NCBI GenBank assembly: GCA_965153455.1
Contig: OZ234493.1
Coordinates: forward strand, 18,652,213-18,716,212
Length of the DNA: 64,000 nt
Source of the DNA: Sphagnum compactum
Lineage: Eukaryota
Direction of reading: 5' to 3'
Translations under genes and position numbers: made by a program
The notes under the pieces: generated by a model
Database searches by the model: none
Told to the model about the DNA's origin: nothing
The model's input: the letters and a program-made list of their open reading frames with translations, nothing else
Part shown: positions 37,894 to 49,767 of the stretch, in pieces
Position numbering within the stretch: the first letter of the stretch is position 1
How the letters are laid out: each line of letters opens with the position of its first letter

Positions 37894-40800
37894 ATGGGGC
37901 AGTCTGTGGGAGAACCTGCCAGGGTGCTCCTTCTTTTTTCAAGCTTGTTGTTTCTGGGAACAGTAGGCAGGGTCAACACAATTGGAGCAGGTAGAGCATC
38001 AGAGAATCACAGTCACAGAGTGCTTGAATTTCTGGATGTGGTCAAGGGACATGCAGAATTCAGGGTCGCGGATAAACCTGTGCAAGGCCATTTTCTAGGG
38101 GTTGCAGATCAACAACTCAGAAATGAGTATCCTTGGGTTTCAAGAAGGCTATTACAAAGTAATGAGGTACTGGAAACCGGTGAAGAACACAAAGAGGTAC
38201 CTTTTGAACATTTTCTGTCCACAATTGAATTGAGCTTCCAGATTCAATTACTTGATCATGATCCTCTTATTTATCCCAGAGATTGTTTAGCATCAGTTTC
38301 TATTTTGCACATGAAAGTTATTAGTTGCATAAAAAAAATTTGCATTAAAGAAATAAAATCAACGTCTTTGTGGTCAAGGTTTGGAATGCCCATATTGTCA
38401 CTACATGCCATCCTACCATCCAGATTGCCAATTACTTGGGAAAGGTGAACAGACTATATTCACTTTGTTTCATCTTGCCATTCACTTTTGTTACGTTACA
38501 TGTTCAAACATGGCAGTTATGGAGGCTCCATTTGGATTTGAACCTGGATCAAATTTTGGAGCACAGCTCTCACAATACACAGCAGTACCTGACTGACGAC
38601 AGTGAAGGAGCAGGGATTTTGGGAACCCTTTCTGAGGCAGGTCTCGTTTATGTGAAAGAAGTTCTGGTGAATCAAATACTAAAAGAGATTACACCACTCT
38701 CTTTACCTGATATACATTCACAAGCAAAGTCTCCAATTGGTCAAGTTGACACTACCATCACTCATATTGAGTTATCGGGTGCCAATGTTTCTTACTCTGA
38801 TGTTGATTTGGGAAAGACTGGAATTACAGTGTTTGCTGGGGATATCAAGGCAAGAATGCGTTTTCATTGGAAATATGAGTGTACTTCCAGCTATATGCCA
38901 TTTCCTGTAACTGATGGAGGATGGGCAGATGTTGAGGTCAGTTTTTGGTCCTTTCTATGTCCTTGACTCAGGTATATTATTGACTGCATTTGTTCCATGT
39001 CTGCTATCACATACAAGAAGACCCAGTTGGAGTTTCATTGAAATATTCTGGTAGATGGTGGTCCATGCACTTGCACTTGTGCTGGGTAGGGCAACAAAGA
39101 AAGTGCTTGTTTTTTTCCCCAAGAAAGTTTTGCAGTGTGTTTACTGTCACTGAGCAACCTTTCTACTATGAACACAGCTTTTAATTTGTATATAGTAGGG
39201 TAAGCTGTATCAAAGTAGCTAATCATTTTTATGGTTTCTCAGCCTTCTAAGTTATGGTGGACTGGGCTTACTAAACTAAATAAGCATATTCAGTACTTTG
39301 CAGGGTTCTCATTTTCTTGCACTGGCATCCTTTGTTTCACAGTTCTCTTTAGCTTGCTTGGTTGTTGTAATGTGCTCGTTTCCGCAACCAAGCCTCAGTC
39401 CCATGAGATGTGAATGAACAGTTGTGAGGATTGTTATTCTGGTCCATAACAAGATTGGAATAGTGGTTTGGTATGAAAGAGAAGGCCTGCTAACTGCTAT
39501 GCATGACAGTGATGTCAAGTGCCAGAAGAAACTAAATGGAAAAAATTACATCGCCTGTGCCTCTAACCAGAAAGCATATGAGGGGTTTTTTTCACAAATT
39601 TGCACCAGAGAATATTTGTGACACCCTTAACTTGGTCATGTTGTACATGCATGGAATTCAATGAGTTGGTTTCATTATTGGGAGAAGAACTATCACAGTA
39701 TAGGATTGTGCCCAACATCCATAGCTTCCTCATGTAATCGCATGGATAGTGGCATGGTTTCGACATCAGCAAAGAAGATCACAAGGGCATTGAGGTTTGT
39801 TGTGAATTCTCAGGTGACAGGCATGCAGGCTGGTGTGACTTTCACATTGCAAGCACATAATGGAACTTTGCGGTTAACTGTTGTGGAATGCGGGACTTAT
39901 ATTGAGGATCTGGACATTGAGTTGCATGGTGGTGCTTCTTGGCTTTACCAGTGGTAACTAATCACTTTCTCAGTCAGTTTGGAGCACAATGATAGCCTAT
40001 GTTGGCTTATGTCCTGGTAATTTACATGGTACTAGTTGTAAAGACGTAGCTTGTTGCAGCTTCAATAATACTTGACTTTCTTTGTGAGCTATATCATTTG
40101 AGTGTTAGCCAACAGAATGACTGAGTCTGCCTGCTGCTTTTGGAGATGTAACAGAATTCAGGATGCAGACTTGAGTGAGTGTTTACCCAAATATTTTGGC
40201 AGATTTATACTTTTCTACTCCCACATTCTGCATTGGTTGGTGCTAGCCAGTATTGTGACTGAGTCCTCCTCCCATTGCTTCTGGACCTGTGACAGAAACT
40301 CAGTATGCAGGCTAGTGGTTTCACTGGCCTTTTCCCACTGTAGGGAGCTGATGCAGTCAGTGGGGAAGTTGTGATAGATGAATCGCTATCCTATACCTAT
40401 ATGTTACTGCTGATGTCCCCTGAACAAGTGATAGGCTGTCACTGCTGATTATACTGCTTGTTTTTTTTGTTTTTTTGTTCTGTTCTTTCCTTCTATGTAC
40501 TTTTTCCTGGTTCTTCTCTGGGAGTTTTCCTTTGATGTGAAGGAAAGGTTTTTCACCTGGTCCTGGTTTCCTTAATTGTGATTATGGAGATTTCTCAATA
40601 CTCATGAGAGTTATTGATTATCTACACCCATCTTTGGGAGCTCATGAAGTCAGCATAAAGTCATGGTAGCTAGTCACTGCTATTTATAATAAAGGCAATG
40701 GCCTGATGCTTTGTGAGTGACACTCTTAAGGTTATGACCACATCTATTTTTCTTGTGTCAGTTTTGGTTTTGCTGGATGCAACATAACCGTTAGATTTGA

Positions 40801-43431
40801 AGTATAATTGTGGAGTCTTCTCTGCAATCTCATAGATATGGTACTAGTTCTTAAAAATCTTCCCAGGTTCTGAACAACAGAGTTGGTCCCATTTGTGTTG
40901 TTCACTGATCATGTTGCACTGAATTGATACCATTGTTTCAAAAATGCCATGTGTTACAAATGATTGATCTCAAGTGTATACCTATCAGAGAAGATTAGAA
41001 GTGGTCATTTGATGCAATCTTAAATGGAGTAGTTGAAATGGTTGAGGCAGAAAAGAGTACAGAGATATTTTTCATTTTGTTTCTCACCTTTGGCCTGTGG
41101 CAACCTGAACCAGGTTTGTATATGCATTTGATGATGAAATTCGGGCAGCAGTTGAGGGAGCCATCTCATCAGCAATTATCTCAGGGGCTCGAAAGTTGGA
41201 CACTTTTCTTTTGGGACTTCCACGAAGTCTTCCGATTGATGATATATCTGCCATCGATGTCACAGTTGTGGAAGACCCCTTTGTTAGTCCCACCTTTTTG
41301 AGTGTAGGTGTAAAGGGTGAATTTATCTCTCTGAAGAAGCCCACTGTCCCCCTGCAGCCTGACCATTCCTTGCCCCCAGGGATATTCTGTAGTGAATCCG
41401 CAAAGATGATCACTATTGCTGTATGTGATTATGTCATCAATTCAGCTGCAAAAGTCTATTTTGAGGTACATTGCTCTCTTTTGGAGCTGATAATGCTCTT
41501 GCCTTTGGTCTTCTGCTTTCTACATTTCCATGAGCCCTTAGGTTTGAGCTGGAGCTTCTCTGATTTTGCCCATATACCTTCATGTACCTTGCTTTTTTGT
41601 TCTGTTGTCACTTTTTTTCAATCTTTTATCTTTGTTAATCTCCTCATTTCCCTTAGCTCTTGGGGTTGCCCATAAAGCTTCCACTATTTTCCTTGGTCAC
41701 ACAATGTCCAAGGAATTTAATGTATTATTCAAACTAACATAGTTGAAACCTGCCTTGGAGCTCCTGTGAATACAGCAAATTTCCATTTTCCCCACCCTGT
41801 TGTTTTCTCTGGTTCTGAGTCTTGTCAGTGTCTGCTTTTTCTAGGCAGGAGTCTTGGATTGGTTGGTTGATGAGTTGCCCCAAGAGTCAATGTTAAATAC
41901 AGCCTTTTGGAAGTGGCTTATACCACAGCTCTACAAAAAGTATCCAAATGATGACATGGCACTTGACTTCTCTGTCTCTTCTGCACCGCAAGTTGAACTT
42001 TCAAAGGATGGAGCAAAGGCATTCGCAGGTGCTGACATGACAATTATTGTCAAGACCAACAATGGTTCAGTCCCTGTAGCCTGCTTATCCATGGTGGGTG
42101 TTTGTTTCATTGTATTGGTTTGATAATTTTTCCTGAAGTATGACAACACTATTCACCTTGTGATGGTTGTGAGAGGACCCTCACTGCACTTTTAAAGTGG
42201 GACATTAACCAGTATTGTGATTGATGTACACCATAATGGGTTTTGTGTAGCCAGCAGAAGGACTACTACTGTGAATAATGTGTAACTCTTCCCAAATTTG
42301 TGCCTACTTACCACTAGCTGTGAGGAAACCTGCTGCATGCAATTTGTCACCATTTGAACCTTTGTAGTTCCAGAGCTTTGAGAGATTCCTCAGTGGCTTG
42401 TAATACCAAGGAAAAGCATACATCATTAGGAAAACTTTATCTGCCAGTAATGTCTACTACATAGGCTGCAAAGTATGATGCTCAGTAAGCAGCATTCTTA
42501 TGGGTGGTAATATAGGATACAGTTCTCGTCAAACAGGGTGCCAATTGAGTATGGAATGTGGAACAACATTGTACATCACGTGGCAATGTTTGTAGTTAAT
42601 GGCTATATCTGTGTCTTGTAGGTGTTAAAGTGACAGGCATTTTGTTGCAGACTTTTTCAATGGATGCTATAGCTGGACTTGAGGGGAACAACATCACAGC
42701 ACAAGTCACATTAAATGATCTCACCCTCCAGCTAAAATGGAGTGAGATTGGCAAATTCCCTGTTAAACTTATGCAGGTAGTAGCCTTTCTGATTGCTCCT
42801 CTTTTATCTTTGTTGTGCATTTTGTGGTGTGGCGCTCATGTCATATAAGCTGCTAGCCTCTTCATACATAGGTCACAGTTTTACTCAACATGACTCTTAC
42901 ATGTTAACAGTTGTTTAACTCCTGTGTGAGGTCAGGCTTTCTATTTCTGTGAAAAGTGTGTTGAATTTGACCTAACACATGAAAGCTTTCATCTGCTTGT
43001 AGATGGAACATAAACACTCGAAATTCAAGTGATATAGGGCTTAGAAGACAAACTGTAGTTGTGGTACATGTGAGATTGCTGGGTGAATTCACGTGTTGCT
43101 TGTAGGTTGTGTAAGTCCTAAGTCCTACCGATATTGTGTGAATGGCAATATGGTGGTCTCATGATACAAACTAGCCAGAATCTCAAAAGAAAAAAGAAAC
43201 CTGAAGTAACAGTTGGCCACTGTGATATTATCTTCTGTGCAGTCAACAGTGCGCACATTGGTTTCAAAAGTGATTATACCAATATTAAATCACAGTCTGA
43301 AGAAGGGGTTTCCACTGCCAGTGTTTCCAGCAATTGACCTCCAGAACGCAGATGTCAGATATGACAATGGCTACATCCTTATTTGCAGTGATGTGCACTA
43401 TAAAGGTGGATACATCAAACCATCTGTGTGA
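37894..43431 (+). CDS. BPI/LBP-family (LBR-like) secreted lipid/LPS-binding protein; exons about 37894-38196, 38517-38936, 39814-39953, 41114-41465, 41845-42093, 42651-42776, 43243-43431
   Basis: Hydrophobic signal-like N-terminus, then a BPI1 domain (GILGTLSEAGLVYVKEVLVNQILKEITPLSLPDI..LRLTVVECGTYIEDLDIELHGGASWLYQWFVYAFDDEIRAAVEGAI) and a BPI2 domain (YVINSAAKVYFEAG..LNTAFWKWLIPQLYKKYPNDDM..PILNHSLKKGFPLP). GT-AG junctions are in frame. Confidence 0.92.
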
Positions 43432-45119
43432 CCTCCTGATGAGCTATCTTTGACAGTACTCTTGGAAAATGATTTTCTAAGTGGAAGGTAAATGTCACGA
43501 GAAAGGCAAATACGAGCAAAAACATTTATCTTATGCTGAAAGAAGAAATGAAAGAATGTTCGCAGAACTAAGGGATGAAACATGGATTCAAGAAGATCAG
43601 GAAAGACAATGCAGCTTCCGAAAAGGTGGTGAAAATATGTCAAAAATTCTCCTATCAAAGCCTGCAAGGTAAGTGCATTGAAATGAATCTTCATCTACTC
43701 TTAGGATTTTAAATGTTCCTTCTCAAGCTGGTTTCCTTAAGTACTTTGTCCCTGACCAATTTTAGGGCATAGTAAATGGGGCATCCTTGTTTTTAGTGGG
43801 TACAACAATTTAAGAAATATTAAATGGGTAAATGGATCCAGACTAAAGAGAACTAGTGCAGATAGTGTAGAATGATTGGCATATGAAGGGGAGATGTGTA
43901 CTGAATGGTTAGAACTGAAAGTTATGATGCTTGTAAGTACAATTAAGTGGTTTGTACTGGTGAAGGTGATTTGTACTGGTGATTTGTCCTGTGGACAAGT
44001 CACTCTTCTCTGAAGGTTTACAGAATATATCTTGTCAGATCTGTTGTTTGTTGATCTCCTTAGGTTACTGCTTACAGTCTGGTGATATGCCATGCTGAGC
44101 AATTTGTTTAGCGGGGAGAAATTCTGTCTGGTGGCAGTGTAAATACCACGGTTTACATCTGAGAGGATGTAGTTTCATCAATGGTGTCTCACATCATAGT
44201 TTAGGACAGGCTTACCCCACTCTTCTTCTTCAAACGCTTTCTCAAACAGTAATTCACACAGTGAGGACTTGTGGCAATTTGTGGCAAATCATGTTCCTTT
44301 GTGGGGGTGACACAATTGATTTGCCTTACAGGTCAGTTGACATCATGCTTAGAATTTTGTCTTCAGATTTGGTGGCAAACTGTACTACCTTCAAGCAAAC
44401 AATGCTACAGTCACATGAAACAGAGATTTCACACATTTTGATCTTTTGTGTCAGTAAATTTTGACTTAGCGATGTTGATCATGTATGATATATCATTGAT
44501 GTAGCAAAACTTCAATTTTCCAACTGAGGTTGCTTTTATTCTACTGCAATTGTTTTCTATTCTTGGGGGTTGTTGCCTAATGGAACCAGACCAGCTCCTG
44601 ATTCTCACCCCTAGTCCATGAGATCAGAATCACTATGATTCTGTTTTGCTTTTCTGGGTGCAATTGGACTTGAGGAAAGATAATGCTTCAGAACAGGAGT
44701 GATCAGCTGACAAAACCATTGCAGCAATAATATAGTGAATGAAAATGAATAACATTACAGTTGTGATCTTTCTTAACTGAACAAGAACACCAGATGGCAC
44801 ATGATTGACATCATGGATCCCTTTTAAGGTTGGACCAGCCTCCAAGAAGTGAATGCTCACTCAAATTCATGGCCTTATGTATCATCACATAGCAATTGCC
44901 TCATGCAACTCATACATGTCCGAAATCTCCCTGACCGAAATCTTCCTGACTGCATACATGTCCCCTCAAGCTTTCCGGTGGGCTGCACACCACTAACAGC
45001 CCAACCATACCACTTGTGCCTTTCATCATCTTGAAGTCAAAGATTCTCAGCAGTTCAGTGCAAGATCTGTTGTCATCAAAGATGGGAGGTAGCCCCAAAA
45101 CCCAAGCACACCGCACTGC

Positions 45120-48100
45120 CCAGCCATCTTGTCTGTCTGCAACATAGCAATTCTGCTGAGAAAAGCACAAGGCATGAATTTTCAAACTTAAATGTGGTAC
45201 ATCACAATCCTACACTGCTCATACTTGCAAAAGTCCTGTTCTATGAGAGTCCTACAGTGGCACTCACCTCTATGGAGTTCTTGTTACCACTTGTACTGCA
45301 ATTATAATTGAAGAGTCATTCCGTAGCTGCTTCTTGTACACATGCTGATCTTGGCTGGATTTCGCTCAAAAAGTACTGTGCCATATCCTTGTCCTCTCCC
45401 TTGTCTGTCATGGCTGCAGCTGCTTGGAGATCAGCAAGCTGTAATACCTCACAATATGTACAGCCCAAGGACAGAATGCTATCACAAATCCTATCTTTCA
45501 TTGCTACCACATCCATGTACCTGGATATGCAAAATGGATTGGAAATCAAGTATCTTCTTGGTAATGCCTGGCAAACATTGCAACAACCTCAAACACAATC
45601 AGGAGAAATCCCCTGTAACCAAAAGGTATCATAACAAAGATGACGCTTAAATTTGTGCTGAGACCCTTCCAACATCTGATTTTGAATATAGGGTAAGCAT
45701 TGACCCATGGACCAAGGTCATGTGGCACTCAGCACGAAATTTTTTGTTGATACCTGTGGTTCCATCAGCCATGTACATAAGTTTCTCTGGATTGTTGGAG
45801 AGAGTGGCAGCTGCAAAAATCTCTTTGGAGGCTGATTTCAAGCTTGGGGGAAAACCCTACAAACTGAAAAAACCTTCAATGCCTTGGATGTCCCAAGCAC
45901 ATCACATGGGTCACCCTGAAACACAAGGAACCAAATTGCAAGAGACACTAAGAGTATTGGTGCTCTAGATAGGTGGAAGAGAAACAACCACACTTTGACC
46001 GTTTTCTGTCAAAAGTAAACAGCACTTGAGATGAACATGTACACCAGAAACTACATTCTGAGACCACTCAGGGACTTGGTGGATGACTTAGAGAAGATGA
46101 TACTTCTGGTGAGGCTTCATCAAATGCATGCTGAGTACAAGTGTAGTACAATGAACAGAAGCTCTCTGCTGGAATGCACCATTAGCATGACATAACTTCC
46201 TTTTGCAGGAGGGACAGGATTCTGCAACAGTGTAAAGCCTTCCCATCACCAGTATCCTTAAAACCTGAGTTTCCCATTCAAGTGCACAAGAAAGTAAAAC
46301 AGATCCAGAAAAAGAGAGCAGTCTGATGTAGAGGTTGACCTGTTACAAGTTTTTTGCATGTTAGAAAGAAAGAAACTTGAAGTTAGTCAATCTTGAAATG
46401 TACCCCAGTTTCAAAGACCTGCAGAGATGCAGCATGCATGATGGAAAACTTCATTAGAGTCTTGAACTGCCAGTAAGACGTGGGAAACATGTGAGAATGT
46501 CCATAGTCCTATAGAGTGTAAGAGCTCGGCATAGACGTTGTGCATTGAAGACTTGCATAGAAGATGCAGCAGTAGCATGATACTGCAGAATCTCATCACC
46601 TAGCTACAGGAATGATATCAGCTACCTAGAAATGTGGTTGTTTAAGAGGTGAAAATGTTGCTTTGAGAGACACCTTGAGCTGCAATCTTCTGTTAATGAA
46701 ACCAGCCTGGGAGCCCAAGTATACCACAGTGCCCAGTCATCTGGTCTGTCTGGAACATAGCATACACTTTGTAATCAGGAAAACATGAAGAACTAGCAAT
46801 TCTGCTGAGAAAGCACAAGACATGAATTTTCAAGCTCCAATGCAGTCTGTCACAATCCTACACTACTCATCCTTCCATAGCACTCACCTGAATGGAGTTA
46901 TTGTTACCACTTGTACTGCAATTATAGCTCAAGTGAGAGCGATTCCATAGCTGTTTATCACACACTTGCTCAGCTTGGCTGAATTTTGCTCAAAAGGTAC
47001 TGTGCAGTATCCTTGTCTTCTACCATGTCTGCCATGGCTGCAACTGCTATAGAATCCCCGACAGTATCCACAGCCCAAGGCTAGGGTCCCATGCAAATCC
47101 TGTGTCTTTTGTTGCTATCATGTCCATGTACACCTGGTAAGGCAAAATGGTTTGGAATTCCAGTATCTTTCTGATGATGCTTGGAAAAACTGTGACAACC
47201 TCAAATGAAATCTGAGAAATACCCTGTAACGAAGCATTTCTGTTGATGCCTATGGTTCCATGAGCCATGTACATAGCTTTCTGTTGATTGTTGGAGAGAG
47301 TGGGAGCTGCAACATCATCTCTTTTGAGGCTGATTTCAAGTTTGGAGAAAAACCTTCCAAATTGACCAAAAACCTCAATGCCTTCAACATCCCAAGCACA
47401 TCACCTGGGGTCACTGTGAAACACAAGGAACTAAATTGCAAGAGATACTAATAGTAATGGTGCTCTATATAGGTGGAAGAGACACAACCACAAGTTATAC
47501 TTTGACTGTTTCCTGTCAAAGTAAATGGCACTTGAGGTGAACATGTACACACTAAACTGCATACAGAGACTGCTCAGGGACTTGGCATGAAACACAGTTA
47601 CACTGAGACTTCATTGAATGCACACTGAATATAGGTGTAAAGTAATCCTCACAAGCTCTCTGCTGGAATGCTCCATTAGCATTACATTACTTCAGTTTGC
47701 AGTAGGGATGGGGTTCTGCAACAGTGTCAACCCTTTCCCTCCTGAAAGAGTTATCCATAAAGCCTGAGTTTCCCATTCAAAACCAGGCAATGGTAAACAA
47801 GCAAAACAGATCTGGATAAAGGGAGCAGGTTGCATAAAAATGAAGTGTTCCCCAGTTACAAATACCTCCAGAAATGCAGTACCATGCACAACGAAAAACT
47901 TAATTAGGGTCTTGAAATGCCAGTTAAGAAATGGGAGACGTGAGAAAACGTCCATAGTCCTATAAAGCTTGAGTAAGAGCTTGGCATAGACATTGTGCTT
48001 AGAACACTTCAAACTACTCGCACTCTGGCCTTGTACCACAATTTCAATTGAATGAAAGAAGAGGACCTTTGGGGAAGAGGACCTTTGGGGGAAAGAGGAA

Positions 48101-48330
48101 AAGAGAGGACTGAGGCAAGAACAAAGAAGGCAGCCCACATTGTTCTCTGCCACACAGTAAGGAACAGGATTTCAGGTACGGCAGGGTTGAGCTGTGTAAC
48201 ATTTTGGACTGTCATCCTCCCCAGCAGTAGCTTGAAATTGGAGAGTTGATATCAACTGCATATCTTGAAGATGCAGTTGTTTGAAAGAATGGCTAAGAAT
48301 GCTGTTTTCAGAGATGACTGGAGCTCCAAC
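45120..48330 (-). pseudogene. Tandemly duplicated ~1.6 kb block (copy A about 45120-46690, copy B about 46733-48330) of a decayed, unidentified multi-exon-like sequence
   Basis: Collinear matches include TAGCAATTCTGCTGAGAAA.GCACAAG, TTGTTACCACTTGTACTGCA.TTATA, GAGGCTGATTTCAAG and CCTGAGTTTCCCATTCAA. Minus-strand splice-like sites are shared by both copies, but no frame is open in both. Confidence 0.5.
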
Positions 48331-48379
48331 AGTCCATCAAAAGGAACTATACTTGCATTATTACCAGAAGGACACCTGA

Positions 48380-48810
48380 TCCAGAGGCACATGCACTGAA
48401 GTCTCTGATCACTCAACCCACCCTGCTGCTCATTGACTTCAAGTGTAAGTAAACACCTCCCTCTATGGACAACCAAGCTAGAGATACTATTCGAGGATTA
48501 CTTGACATCCATAAAACCATGTGCAACTAGTCTGCAGCATTTCTAGTGTGGAAGACTTGCAAGTTGCCCGGTTTGTAAAACCTTTTGCAAATGCTTCTCA
48601 CAAATCCATCCCACTTTAGCTGTCTGCTCACTATCCTTATACTTGTAATGTCACCTCAAGGGCAGCTGATCCGAATATGCATGCAATTCAAAGTCTTTGG
48701 TCAGTGAACCACCCTGCTGCTAATTGAATTCAAGCCTAAGTAAACAACTCCCTCTATGAACAACCAATTTCAAGATACTATTCAAAGATTGCTTGACATC
48801 TTTAAAGACA
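48380..48810 (-). pseudogene. Fragments of a second TRN1-like C-terminus, with a local ~140 bp duplication (48380-48510 vs 48685-48800)
   Basis: The minus strand reads ..DSEQTAKVGWICEKHLQKVLQTGQLASLPH*, paralleling DEQTAEMGWICEEHLKKGEQTGQLARLPH in ORF 49768..50592. Confidence 0.75.
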
Positions 48811-49767
48811 CATTTTGGAAATACTTGATCAATAAGAATTAATTAAAGAGACTGAAATATGCAAGATTGGAGACTTTCAAAGAATATCATCTTGCTTAGC
48901 AAACAATCATGTTACATTGTCACAATAATCAAATGCTTGGATTATCTTAGCATCATATGCTACTGCCTCATGCAAAACATATCAATTGCTTATTCTCTAC
49001 TTACTTGCTGTACAAATCCCCAAACATACATAGCTCCATGCGAAGAAAACTATCGTCGTATTCATAGACTTTCACATAAGGAAGAAGCAAGAAAAAGGCA
49101 ATCTTGTTTTTGGGTGGTACCATGAAGAACGTCACACCTTGATTTTATTGGACCCATTAAATTTTGAAAATTTGTAGGAAACACTTAAATGAATATATTC
49201 ATAAATTTTTTGAATATATTTATTAGGTTCCATAAATTTTGAAATTTTAATAATATCAAGAATATTGTTTATTTTGATGTTCCTAATCATTGCATTTAAA
49301 AAAAAATTTAAGAATGTGGTGTTTGTTTTCTTTCTTGAACTTTTTGGTCAGGAACACAAATTTGAAACATGATTTATAATTTTTTTTTAATGTAATTTGA
49401 TTATTTTTTTATTTTAAAATTTTTATTTGAAAATCAATTGATTACATATGATTTAATTATGAATTTTCAAAGCTAAGGCTATCAATTTTGTAAGGGGTCA
49501 TTTTAATTAAGAATGTAATTTTTATAAAAAAATTCTAATTTTTAAATTCTCAAATAAATTTTAAATCGTATATTAGAGCATGCAATTGATAAACATGAAA
49601 AAATAATAATTTACGATTGTGAAAACATTTAACAAAAAAGGCCAAAAGAAATGATGGTTGTTTGTGGTCATTAACCATTCCTTGAGGTGATTCCTAACGA
49701 TTCATTCAAAAGCATGCCCAAATGTCATATGAAAAAATCTCATCCAATAACATGTGCGCCTATTAGT

